A DNA stretch of 64,000 nucleotides. It comes from Gemmatimonadota bacterium. Its GTDB lineage: Bacteria > Gemmatimonadota > Gemmatimonadetes > Palauibacterales > Palauibacteraceae. The notes below the pieces were generated by a model. That model searched no databases. It was not told the DNA's origin and was given only the letters and a program-made list of their open reading frames with translations. The stretch covers positions 640,001 through 704,000 of the forward strand of contig OZ220691.1 in assembly GCA_965116475.1 (NCBI GenBank), given 5' to 3'. Shown here piece after piece: positions 1 through 9,068 of this stretch; within the stretch, counting starts at the first letter, position 1, and each line of letters begins with the position of its first letter. The position numbers were made by a program, and so were the translations under genes.

Positions 1-2664
1 TGGCTCGCCTACGCCAGCCGCGAGGACACGGAGACCGGGATCCGGCTCCGCGAACTCGACTCGGGCGAGGAGCGCTGGCTCGCCTATCCCGTGCAGCGGG
101 ATGACCAGGAGTCGACGGCCTCGATGGACGTGCACCCGGGCTACGCCTTCACGCCGGACTCCGAGGCGATCGTCATCTCCTACGGCGGCGGGATCTGGCG
201 CGTTCCGGTCGACGGCAGCGACCCGGCGGAGATCCCGTTCACGGTCCACGCGGAGGTCGCGGTCGGCCCGGAGGTCGACTTCGAGTACCCGATCGAGGAC
301 ACGCCGACTTTCGTCGTGAAGCAGATCCGCAACACGCGGCCGTCGCCCGACGGCTCGCGCGTCGCCTTTACGGCGCTGGACCGGCTCTACGTCGCGGACC
401 TTGCCGACGGAACGCCGCGCCGCCTCACGGAGGACGAGGTCGGAGAGTATCACCCGGTGTGGTCTCCGGATGGGAGCTCGGTGGCCTACGTGACGTGGGA
501 TGATGACGCGGGCGAGGGCCACATCCGCCGCGTGTCCGCGGAGGGCGGCGCGAGCACGAACCTCACGCAGGAGCCCGCCTACTACCAGCAGCCCGCCTGG
601 TCCCCCGACGGCGGGCGCATCGTGGCGATCCGCTCGTCGCGCCGGAACGTGCAGGAGGCGGTCGACCCCTTCATCGGCTTCGGGCTCGACTCCGAGTTCG
701 TGTGGGTTCCGTCCGGGGGCGGGGACCTGACCCGCATCGGCCCCACCGGCGGCCGCCGGGAACCACACTTCACGTCGGACCCGGACCGCATCTACTACTA
801 CGGCCTGGCGCGCGCGGAGGCGGTGCCCGGGTCGCCGGTTCCGCCCACACCGACGACCGCGCTCTCCTCCGCCCGCTGGGACGACACGGACCGGCGGCAG
901 CACCTGGCGGTGACGGCCCGTGCGAACCTGGAGGCGGGCGGCGTGCCGGCGGCGTATGAGCGGTACGAACGCTCGCCGCGGTCCGACCTCCCCATGCCGC
1001 GGACGCACGACGACGACCAGCCGCGGGAACTCATCCTGCGCCTGGGGGCCGGGTCGGTCGTCATGGCGCCTCAGGGCGACCTGGCGCTGGCCCACATCGG
1101 CGACGACCTGTACGCGGTGACGGTGCCGGACCTCGGCGCCACGCTGCCCCGGATCGACGTCGCCAAGCCGGACTCGGCGGGGGTGCCCGCGTGGAAGCTC
1201 AACGACCTCGGGGCGGAGTTCCCGGTATGGGGGGCCGACGGACGGACGGTCCACTGGTCGCTGGGCAACGCCCTCTTCACGTACGACCTGGACGCGGCCC
1301 TCGCGGACACGGCCTACACGCCCGCCGAACGGCGGATCGAGGTGACGGCCGAGCGCGACATCCCGCGCGGCACCGTGGTCCTCCGCGGCGGACGCGCGAT
1401 CACCATGAACGGCGACGAGATCCTCGAGAACGCCGACATCGTCGTCACCGACAACCGGATCACGTCGGTGCGGGCGGGGCCGGGCGAGGTGCCCGAGGGC
1501 GCGCAGGTCATCGACATCGGCGGCAAGACCGTCGTCCCCGGGTTCGTGGACACCCACGCCCACATGTGGAACCTGTGGGACTTCCACTGGGCGCGGCCGT
1601 GGATCTACCAGGCCAACCTCGCCTACGGGGTGACGACGACCCGCGATCCGCAGACGGCGACGACCGACGTCCTCTCCTACGAGGACATGGTGCGGGCGGG
1701 CCGGATGGTGGGACCGCGCGTCTATCACACGGGACCCGGCGTCTTCCAGTTCGACTTCATCCGCAGCTACGAGCACGCGCTCGACGTCCTGCGGAAGTAC
1801 AGCCGGTACTACGACACGAAGACGTTCAAGATGTACATGTCCGGCAACCGGCGTCAGCGTCAGTGGCTCATCATGGCGGCGCGCGAACTCGGCCTCATGC
1901 CCACGACGGAGGGCGGCCTCGAGTACCGCCTCAACATGACGCACGCCATGGACGGATACCCGGGGATCGAGCACTCGATGCCGATCGTGCCGGCGTACAA
2001 CGACGTCGTCGAACTGTTCGCGACGTCGGGCACGGTGAACTCCCCCACCCTCCTCGTCTCCTACGGGGGGCCGTGGGCGGAGAACTACTTCTACACGCGC
2101 TGGGACATCTTCGGCGACGAGAAGCTCACGCACTTCACGCCCAAGCGGGAACTCGACATCAAGGCGCGGCGCCTGGGGCTCTTCACGGGGCCGGGGCCGG
2201 GCGGCTGGTTCCACGAGGACGAATACGCCTTCCCGAAGCACGCGGCGTGGCTCGCGGACCTGGTGGAGGGTGGCGGAAACACCGGCGTCGGGAGCCACGG
2301 CCAGCTGCAGGGCCTCGGCTACCACTGGGAGTTGTGGGCGCTGCAGAGCGGCGGCATGGACGAGCACGACGCGCTGCGCGCCGCGACGCTGATGGGGGCC
2401 GAGGCGATCGGCCTCGGCGGCGATCTGGGCTCCATCGAACCCGGCAAGCTCGCGGACCTCGTGATCCTCGACGCGGATCCGCTCGCGAACATCCGGAACA
2501 CGAACGAGATCGACAAGGTGATGATGAACGGGCGACTCTACGACGGCGACACGCTCGACGAACTGTGGCCGAGACAACGGCCGGCCCCGAACGAACCGTG
2601 GCGGGACACCGCGCCCGCGGTAACGACCACCGTAAGTGTCGGCGACCGGGGAGGTGACCGATGA
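1..2664 (+). CDS. Amidohydrolase with N-terminal TolB-like (PD40) beta-propeller repeats, 5'-truncated by the window edge
   Basis: Frame is open from base 1 (WLAYASREDTETG...), upstream of the track's GTG at 91. Repeated WSPDG motifs, PGFVDTHAH metal-binding motif, GSIEPGKLADLVILD C-terminal motif. Confidence 0.9.
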   Translation, partial: WLAYASREDTETGIRLRELDSGEERWLAYPVQRDDQESTASMDVHPGYAFTPDSEAIVISYGGGIWRVPVDGSDPAEIPFTVHAEVAVGPEVDFEYPIEDTPTFVVKQIRNTRPSPDGSRVAFTALDRLYVADLADGTPRRLTEDEVGEYHPVWSPDGSSVAYVTWDDDAGEGHIRRVSAEGGASTNLTQEPAYYQQPAWSPDGGRIVAIRSSRRNVQEAVDPFIGFGLDSEFVWVPSGGGDLTRIGPTGGRREPHFTSDPDRIYYYGLARAEAVPGSPVPPTPTTALSSARWDDTDRRQHLAVTARANLEAGGVPAAYERYERSPRSDLPMPRTHDDDQPRELILRLGAGSVVMAPQGDLALAHIGDDLYAVTVPDLGATLPRIDVAKPDSAGVPAWKLNDLGAEFPVWGADGRTVHWSLGNALFTYDLDAALADTAYTPAERRIEVTAERDIPRGTVVLRGGRAITMNGDEILENADIVVTDNRITSVRAGPGEVPEGAQVIDIGGKTVVPGFVDTHAHMWNLWDFHWARPWIYQANLAYGVTTTRDPQTATTDVLSYEDMVRAGRMVGPRVYHTGPGVFQFDFIRSYEHALDVLRKYSRYYDTKTFKMYMSGNRRQRQWLIMAARELGLMPTTEGGLEYRLNMTHAMDGYPGIEHSMPIVPAYNDVVELFATSGTVNSPTLLVSYGGPWAENYFYTRWDIFGDEKLTHFTPKRELDIKARRLGLFTGPGPGGWFHEDEYAFPKHAAWLADLVEGGGNTGVGSHGQLQGLGYHWELWALQSGGMDEHDALRAATLMGAEAIGLGGDLGSIEPGKLADLVILDADPLANIRNTNEIDKVMMNGRLYDGDTLDELWPRQRPAPNEPWRDTAPAVTTTVSVGDRGGDR

Positions 2665-5600
2665 GCCCCCGCGAGAGGCTGGCACGGATCGGCAGGGCGG
2701 CGGCGCTGGCCGCGCTGGTCGCTTCGGTGGCCGGGGTTCCGGCGGCGGCCCAGGTGGTGTTGGGCCCCGGCGGTCCCGGAAACCGCAATCCGCTCCCCCT
2801 GCGCGGCGCCCGCAAGGCCACGTTCACGGCCACCGAGGGCACGTGGATGTCGCTCGACGTGAGTCCGGACGGCACGACGATCGTGTTCGACCTCCTGGGC
2901 GACCTCTACACGATGCCCATCGAGGGCGGATCGGCGTCGCCCCTCCTCACGGGGATGGCCTACGACACGCAGCCCCGCTTCAGCCCGGACGGCGAGTCGG
3001 TGGCCTTCATCTCCGACCGCAGCGGGGGCGACGCGCTGTGGAAGATGCGGCTCGATCTCACGGACACCACCCGGGTGGCCGGCGGCGGATCCAGCCTCAT
3101 GCTGTCGCCCGAATGGAGCCCCGACGGCGTCTACATCGTGGCCAGCCGCTCGAGCGGGCTCGGCGGGGTGGCGCAGCTCGCCATGTACCACGCCGAGCGC
3201 GGGTCTCCCCTGCCGCTGCCGGGATCGCCCCTGCAGAAGCGGATCGGCGCGGCGTTCAGCCCGGACGGCCGCTACGTCTGGTACGCGGGGGGGTCCGGCG
3301 ACTGGACGTACAACGCGGTGCTGCCGCTCTACCAGCTCTACCGCTACGACCGTGACACGGGCACGACGACGACCATGACGAACCGGTACGGGTCCGCGTT
3401 CCGCCCGGCGATCTCGCCCGACGGCCGCTGGCTCGTGTACGGCACCCGCTACAACGCGGACACGGGGCTCCGGAAGCGGGACCTCGAGACGGGCGAGGAG
3501 AGCTGGCTCGCCTACCCCGTGCAGCGCGACGAGCAGGAGTCGCGGGCGCCGCTCGACCTCCTGCCGGGCTACGCCTTCCTGCCGGACGGTTCGGCGATCG
3601 TCATCTCCTACGGGGGCAGGATCTGGAACGTTCCCATGGACGGGGGCGAACCGGCGGAAATCCCGTTCGAGGCGGAGGTCGAACTCGATGTCGGCCCGCG
3701 CGTGTCGTTCGAGTACCAGATCGACACCACGGCGATGGTCACGGCGAGCCAGATCCGGAGCCCCGTCGTCGGGCCCGATGGCGAGCAGGTGGTGTTCACG
3801 GCCTTCGACCGCCTCTGGATCCGCGACCTGCCCGATGGCGAGGCGCGCCGCCTCACGGAGGGCGATGCGGGCGAGTTCCACCCGCAGTGGTCGCCCGATG
3901 GCCGCTGGATCGCCTACACGACGTGGGACGACACCGACGGCGGCCACATCATGAAGGTGGCCGCGGAGGGCGGCGAACCGATCCGGCTCTCGGCCACGGC
4001 GGCCCTCTACTACAACGTGGCGTGGTCGCCGGATGGCGGGCGGATCGTCGCCTCGCGCGGCGCCGCGCGTCAGCTCAAGGAAGCGGCGGGCGCCTTCTTC
4101 GGGCCCATCGGCGGCGAGTTCGTGTGGGTGCCGGCGGCCGGGCCGGAGCCGGCGGAGGCGGAGGTCATCTCGCCCACCGGACTCCGCGACGTGCCGCACT
4201 TCGCGGCGGACGACCCGGACCGGATCTACGCCTACAGCCCGGTCGAGGGGCTCGTGTCCTTCCGCTGGGACGGCACGGACGTGAAGCGCCATCTGATCGT
4301 GCGCGGGCGCCAGGGCATCGCCGGCATCGGCGACCCCCACCCCAACGAGTGGGAGTTCCTGCCCCGGCGGGTCTTCCCGTGGCGGCAGGGCCCCGACCCC
4401 ACCGACCCCGACCCCGCGGCCGAGCCCGGCGGACCGACGCCCGCGGGCCTGATCATGCTCTCTCCCGAGGCGGACCGCGCCTTCGTGCAGTTCGGACGCG
4501 ACCTCTACGTCGTGGACATGGCCGAGATCGGAGAGCAGCCCCCGACGATCATGCTCATCACGCTGAACTCCGCCCCGCTGCCGATCCGCAAGGTCACGGA
4601 CGTGGGCGGCGAGTTCCCCTCCTGGGCGCCGGACGGCGGCGCCCTGCACTGGTCTCTGGGGAACGTCCTGTTCACCTACGACCTGGACCACGTCGAGGCC
4701 GAGGAGGAGGAGGAGGAGGTCACCGCCCGGGGGCGCGCCCTCCTGCGCGTGAGAGCGGCGGCGATCACCGACACGCTCGCGGAGAAGCGGGCCGAGGTGG
4801 ACAGCCTGGAGAACGCCGACGAGGAGGTGCCGGAGGAGCTGGAGGACGAGATCACGCGGCTCCAGGCCGACTCCGTGCAGGTCGTGGCCGACTCGCTGCT
4901 GGCCCGCGCCGACTCGATCCGGCAGGCGGCCGAGGAGGTGGCGGAGAAATCGGCCGCGGTGCGGGCGGGCGACGAGGAGGTCCTCGCCGACACGACGGAG
5001 ACGTACGAGGCGCACGAGCGCCGGATCGAGGCGAAGCTGCCGCGCGACATCCCGCGCGGCACGGTCGCGCTCACGGGTGGGCGGATCATCACGATGACGG
5101 AGGTCCGCGACGAAGCCGCCAGCGACACGACGGGAGCCCCGGCCGATACCGCGGGCGCGGAGGAGGAGGAGGAACCGGAAGAGCCGGACGAGCCCGCCAT
5201 GAAGCCGCGCATCATCGAGAACGGCGTGGTGCTCGTGACGGACAACCGCATCGTCGCCGTGGGCCCGGCGGATTCGGTCGAGGTGCCGGACAGCGCCACG
5301 GTGATCGATGTCTCCGGCAAGACACTCGTCCCCGGCTTCATCGACACCCACTACCATGCGCAGTGGCTCGTGCCGGAGGTCCATCCGGAGGAGGTGTGGC
5401 AGTACCTCGCGACGCTCTCCTACGGCGTGACGACGACGCGCGATCCCCAGACCGCCACGACGGACATCCTGAGCTACACCGACCGGGTGCGGACCGGCGG
5501 CATGACCGGCCCGCGCATCTACTCGACGGGACCCGGCGTGTTCGCGGGCGAGAACATCCGCGACGCGGACCACGCCAAGACCATCCTGCGACGCTACGCC

Positions 5601-6461
5601 GAGTACTTCGACACGAAGACGCTCAAGATGTACATGTCGGGCAACCGCCAGCAGCGCCAGTGGATCATCCAGGCGGCGCGCGACCTCGAGCTCATGCCCA
5701 CGACCGAGGGCGGACTCGACTACAAGATCGACATCACGCACGCGATCGACGGATACCCCGGCATCGAGCACAACCTGCCGATCGCGCCGATCTACTCCGA
5801 CGTGGTGGAGCTGTTCAAGACGTCGGAGACGACGAACAGCCCGACGCTGCTCGTTTCATACGGCGGTCCGTTCGGGGAGAACTACTTCTACACGCACGAG
5901 GACGTGCTGGGAGATGAGAAGCTCGCGACGTTCGTGCCCAAGGCGAACATCGACGCGCGGGCGCGGCGGCGCGGGCCCGGCGCCGGGGGGAGCCCCGGAG
6001 AAGGCGGCTGGTTCCTCGAAGAGGAGTACGTCTTCGCGCGCCACGGCGAGTTCGTGAAAACGATGCTCGAAGAGGACGCCCGCATGGCCGTCGGGAGCCA
6101 CGGACAGATCCAGGGCGTCGGGTATCACTGGGAGCTGTGGGCGATGGCGGCCGGCGGCGCCTCGAACTTCGACATGCTCAGGGCGGCGACGATCCTCGGG
6201 GCCGAGGCGATCGGATTCGGGGATCAGCTCGGGAGCATCGAGCAGGGCAAGCTCGCGGACATCGTCGTCCTCAACTCGAACCCGCTCGACGACCTGCGGA
6301 ACACGGTCGACATCCGCTACGTGATGAAGGACGGACGGCTGTACGACGGGATGACGCTGGACGAGATGCACCCCGAGGCGCGGACGCTCGAGCGGCAGCG
6401 GCCGGCGGAGGAAAACGCCGTCGGCGCCGCCGCCGGAATCCGCGGGAACCCGCGCAGGTAG
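2661..6461 (+). CDS. Secreted amidohydrolase with TolB-like propellers (paralog of upstream gene, with acidic insertions)
   Basis: ATGA overlap with upstream gene, GGAGG RBS, signal peptide ending AAA-Q, SPDG repeats, PGFIDTHYH, GKLADIVVL. Confidence 0.92.
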   Translation: MSPRERLARIGRAAALAALVASVAGVPAAAQVVLGPGGPGNRNPLPLRGARKATFTATEGTWMSLDVSPDGTTIVFDLLGDLYTMPIEGGSASPLLTGMAYDTQPRFSPDGESVAFISDRSGGDALWKMRLDLTDTTRVAGGGSSLMLSPEWSPDGVYIVASRSSGLGGVAQLAMYHAERGSPLPLPGSPLQKRIGAAFSPDGRYVWYAGGSGDWTYNAVLPLYQLYRYDRDTGTTTTMTNRYGSAFRPAISPDGRWLVYGTRYNADTGLRKRDLETGEESWLAYPVQRDEQESRAPLDLLPGYAFLPDGSAIVISYGGRIWNVPMDGGEPAEIPFEAEVELDVGPRVSFEYQIDTTAMVTASQIRSPVVGPDGEQVVFTAFDRLWIRDLPDGEARRLTEGDAGEFHPQWSPDGRWIAYTTWDDTDGGHIMKVAAEGGEPIRLSATAALYYNVAWSPDGGRIVASRGAARQLKEAAGAFFGPIGGEFVWVPAAGPEPAEAEVISPTGLRDVPHFAADDPDRIYAYSPVEGLVSFRWDGTDVKRHLIVRGRQGIAGIGDPHPNEWEFLPRRVFPWRQGPDPTDPDPAAEPGGPTPAGLIMLSPEADRAFVQFGRDLYVVDMAEIGEQPPTIMLITLNSAPLPIRKVTDVGGEFPSWAPDGGALHWSLGNVLFTYDLDHVEAEEEEEEVTARGRALLRVRAAAITDTLAEKRAEVDSLENADEEVPEELEDEITRLQADSVQVVADSLLARADSIRQAAEEVAEKSAAVRAGDEEVLADTTETYEAHERRIEAKLPRDIPRGTVALTGGRIITMTEVRDEAASDTTGAPADTAGAEEEEEPEEPDEPAMKPRIIENGVVLVTDNRIVAVGPADSVEVPDSATVIDVSGKTLVPGFIDTHYHAQWLVPEVHPEEVWQYLATLSYGVTTTRDPQTATTDILSYTDRVRTGGMTGPRIYSTGPGVFAGENIRDADHAKTILRRYAEYFDTKTLKMYMSGNRQQRQWIIQAARDLELMPTTEGGLDYKIDITHAIDGYPGIEHNLPIAPIYSDVVELFKTSETTNSPTLLVSYGGPFGENYFYTHEDVLGDEKLATFVPKANIDARARRRGPGAGGSPGEGGWFLEEEYVFARHGEFVKTMLEEDARMAVGSHGQIQGVGYHWELWAMAAGGASNFDMLRAATILGAEAIGFGDQLGSIEQGKLADIVVLNSNPLDDLRNTVDIRYVMKDGRLYDGMTLDEMHPEARTLERQRPAEENAVGAAAGIRGNPRR

Positions 6462-6465
6462 CGAA

Positions 6466-6493
6466 CTAGCGCATGTAGCCTAGCGCATGTAGC
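6466..6493. repeat. 14-bp tandem duplication CTAGCGCATGTAGC x2, duplicating the last codons and stop of the SBP gene
   Basis: Exact copies at 6466-6479 and 6480-6493. Confidence 0.9.
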
Positions 6494-7766
6494 AAGGGGT
6501 GGCGTTGGCGGCGGCCCACGGGTGAACGATCCGGAGGGCCAGCCCGCCGGCGCCGTCGTCCTGCCACTGGACCTGCAACCCTTTGAGCCCGCGCTGGGCG
6601 CCGGCCTCCGCGTCGCCGATGGGGGAGACCTCGTACGGACCCGCGATGGTCCCGGTCCGGGCCGAGAACAGGAAGTCGCGGAGCGCGCCGCGGTTGGGTC
6701 CGCCCGTCCCGGACATCGTCTGGTCGAGCCCTTCGGCTACGAGTTCCACGGCCGCGAAGCCACCCGCCGCGTGGTACCCCGGCGTCGTGCCGTACGCCGC
6801 CTGGTAGCGGCCGACGAAGGTGGCGTTGTCCGCGATGAACCCGGCCGTCTCGAGGGCCGGGTGCCACGGCGAGTTGCCGGCGACGCACCGCGCGGCCTGC
6901 CGCACGTCTTCGACGAAGTGCTGCTGACCGGGCCCGATGATCAGGCTCATGAGGACCGGCCTGTAGCCCACGGCGGGCGCCGCGGCGGCGAAGCCGGCGG
7001 CATCGGCCGAGTAGCCGCCGCCGATGAAGAGGTCCGCACCGGCGTCGCGTGCCGCGGCGGCGATCGCTGTGTGGTCGGCCGCCCCGACGTCATAGGACCG
7101 GTCCAGCACGATCTCCAGTCCGTGGCGGCGGACCGCTTCGCGCACACCCTCGGCGACCGACGACGGAAACGGGGAGTTCTCGTACACGATCGCCGCGGTC
7201 CGGGCCCCGCCGAACAGGGCCACCTCCACGGAACCCTGCAGGTAGGCCGGTCCCGGCGTCAGCAACTGGACGCTCCATTGCCGCTGCCGCCCGGACCAGA
7301 TCGAGGGCGCCGCCGCAGCCGGCGCGACCATCGGGACGCCGGCGGCCTCGTTCACGGCGAGGACGGTTTCCGTGATCGGGCTGCTGTAGGGCCCCAGCAG
7401 CGCCTCGACCGTGCCGGAGGCGATGAGTTCCGCGTACAGGCGCGCGCTCGTCTGGGCATCGCTCCCGTCGTCGCGAAGCTCCAGTTGCACCGGCCGGCCG
7501 CGAATCCCCCCCTTCTCGTTGAGGATCTCGACGGCGAGACGGTACCCGCGCACGACTTCGATCCCCTCCACGCCGTGCCGCCCGGTCTCGGAGATGGCCG
7601 CCGCCAGCGTGATCGGCGCCCCGTCCGAACCCGGCTCCGGCCCCGTGGGGTCCGCCGGGTCGTCCACGCACGCGGCCGCGACCAGAACCAGTGTCAGGAA
7701 GCCTGCGGCAAAACCGGCCGTGCGACCGGCGCGATGTACCCGGTATGTATCCGTACTGAGTCCCAT
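6480..7766 (-). CDS. Branched-chain amino acid (LivJ/type I periplasmic binding fold) ABC substrate-binding lipoprotein, orphan
   Basis: Lipobox LVAAAC; NEKGGIRGRPVQL..DDGSD and LLGPYSS motifs typical of Peripla_BP_6. Confidence 0.85.
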   Translation of the reverse strand: MGLSTDTYRVHRAGRTAGFAAGFLTLVLVAAACVDDPADPTGPEPGSDGAPITLAAAISETGRHGVEGIEVVRGYRLAVEILNEKGGIRGRPVQLELRDDGSDAQTSARLYAELIASGTVEALLGPYSSPITETVLAVNEAAGVPMVAPAAAAPSIWSGRQRQWSVQLLTPGPAYLQGSVEVALFGGARTAAIVYENSPFPSSVAEGVREAVRRHGLEIVLDRSYDVGAADHTAIAAAARDAGADLFIGGGYSADAAGFAAAAPAVGYRPVLMSLIIGPGQQHFVEDVRQAARCVAGNSPWHPALETAGFIADNATFVGRYQAAYGTTPGYHAAGGFAAVELVAEGLDQTMSGTGGPNRGALRDFLFSARTGTIAGPYEVSPIGDAEAGAQRGLKGLQVQWQDDGAGGLALRIVHPWAAANATPCYMR

Positions 7767-7798
7767 GAATATCGCCTCGAAACTTGAGGACAGTTCTG

Positions 7799-8488
7799 TT
7801 AACGCAACGTCACTTCGTCACCGTCCAGGGTGCGGATCCCCGCCACGAGCGCGGGCTCCGGCCCCTCGTCCACTTCGAGCGCCAGGTCCAGCGACGCGAG
7901 GGTGGATCGTACCGCGGCGGGGTCCGGATGTTCAGCCCGGAACGAGATGAGCCGCCCGCCCGGCGGCGTCGCGCGGGCCGGGTGCGGCGTCGTTCCCCAG
8001 TCGATGAAGAAAGGTACGAGACCTTCGTGCAGGACGGCGGTGAAGGCCGTGATCTCCCAGCTCAGCTCGGTGCCGTCCGGCCGGAGCCGCGAGCCGGGCC
8101 GCACCGGGCCCAGCGGCACGCCTCGGCTCGACGCCCGTGCGGCGAGCGCCTCGAGGTCGGTTCCGCGGGCCGCCCACGTGACGAGCCGGGGCTCGGCGAG
8201 TCCCTCGATCCCGAACGGGAGCGGCTCGTCCCGCGGAGGCGCTTCGGGGTCCGGACCGAGGATCTCCAGGTAGATGTCGCCCCCGAGCGAGAGGAGATGG
8301 TTCGCGGTCCCGAGGTTCTCGTGGCGGCCGCCGAACGCGGCTTCGACGCCGAGCCGCTCGGCGACCCACGCCACCCCTTCCTCGAGGTCGGTGGTCCCCA
8401 GCAGCAGATGGTCGAGATTCGGCGGAACGGCCGGCGCGGCCGGCGCACCCGGTCCGCCCGGTGGCAGTGTCGGCGGGAGCATGGCCAC
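7799..8488 (-). CDS. VOC/glyoxalase-like protein (Glyoxalase_3 type)
   Basis: LDHLL...GGRH..LGTANHLL..G..YLEI and PFFIDW motifs. Confidence 0.85.
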   Translation of the reverse strand: MAMLPPTLPPGGPGAPAAPAVPPNLDHLLLGTTDLEEGVAWVAERLGVEAAFGGRHENLGTANHLLSLGGDIYLEILGPDPEAPPRDEPLPFGIEGLAEPRLVTWAARGTDLEALAARASSRGVPLGPVRPGSRLRPDGTELSWEITAFTAVLHEGLVPFFIDWGTTPHPARATPPGGRLISFRAEHPDPAAVRSTLASLDLALEVDEGPEPALVAGIRTLDGDEVTLR

Positions 8489-8493
8489 TTCCG

Positions 8494-9066
8494 TCAGCCT
8501 CCCTCGTCTTCGAGTTCCAGGTCTTCGAGTTCGACGCCGAGCCCGTCGGCGATCCGGTTCACGAACGCATAGTAGGCGGTGACGGCGCAGATATCGTGGA
8601 TCGCGCGATCATCGAACCCGTGCGCCTTCAATCCGTCGACCGCGGATCCGTGCTCGCCGCCCGGGTCGAGCGTCAGCCGCGCGGCGTAGTCGAGCATCGC
8701 CCGGTCGGCCTCGTCCAGTTCGGCCGTCCCATGGTCCGTCGCGAGGGCGGTGATGAGGCGTTCGTGCGCCTCGTTGGAGCCGCCGGCGCCGGTCGCGTCG
8801 GGCAGACGGTCGAGCAGGCGACGGAGACCCTCTCCGTGATGGACAATTCAGTAGCGGCAGGCGTTGAGCCCCGACACGACGACCGCAATCATCTCCCGCT
8901 GGATCCGGGTCAGCGGCCCCGGCCCGTACATGAGTTCGCGGTAGAGATCGTAGTGGAGCCGGATGACGCGGCTGTGGACGCCGTGGATACGGATGATGTT
9001 GTCGTCGTCCGCGACGCGGTCCTCCTCGGGGATCCCCGCCGGATCCGGGTAGTCGATGAAGGCCAC
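8494..9066 (-). CDS. AhpD/carboxymuconolactone-decarboxylase-like peroxidase, probable selenoprotein (in-frame UGA at 8850-8848; about 190 aa)
   Basis: Track ORFs 8848..9066 and 8494..8697 are in the same frame, with only the TGA between them. Read-through gives REMIAVVVSGLNACRY-U-IVHHGEGL...YYAFVNRIADGLG, an AhpD CxxC motif with TGA at the second Cys. Confidence 0.88.
8809..8850 (-). promoter_or_regulatory. Putative bacterial SECIS element
   Basis: Downstream of UGA: ACGGAGA-GGG-UCUCCGU perfect 7-bp hairpin (8821-8837) with a G-rich loop beginning 17 nt after UGA; possible lower GUC/GAC pairing. Confidence 0.7.
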
Positions 9067-9068
9067 GG

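Noticed and set aside
2538..5771. Very long antisense and alternate-frame ORFs (e.g. 1077 aa here, 30545-33268, 50033-52357, 58695-61238)
   Set aside because: Shadow ORFs expected from high GC and strong codon bias opposite real genes; low-complexity Arg/Gly/Ala or antisense-codon composition with no motifs.
8848..9066. Treating the two AhpD fragments as a pseudogene or two small genes
   Set aside because: Same frame, an open linker with family-like sequence, TGA exactly at the catalytic Cys position, and an adjacent hairpin all favour Sec recoding.
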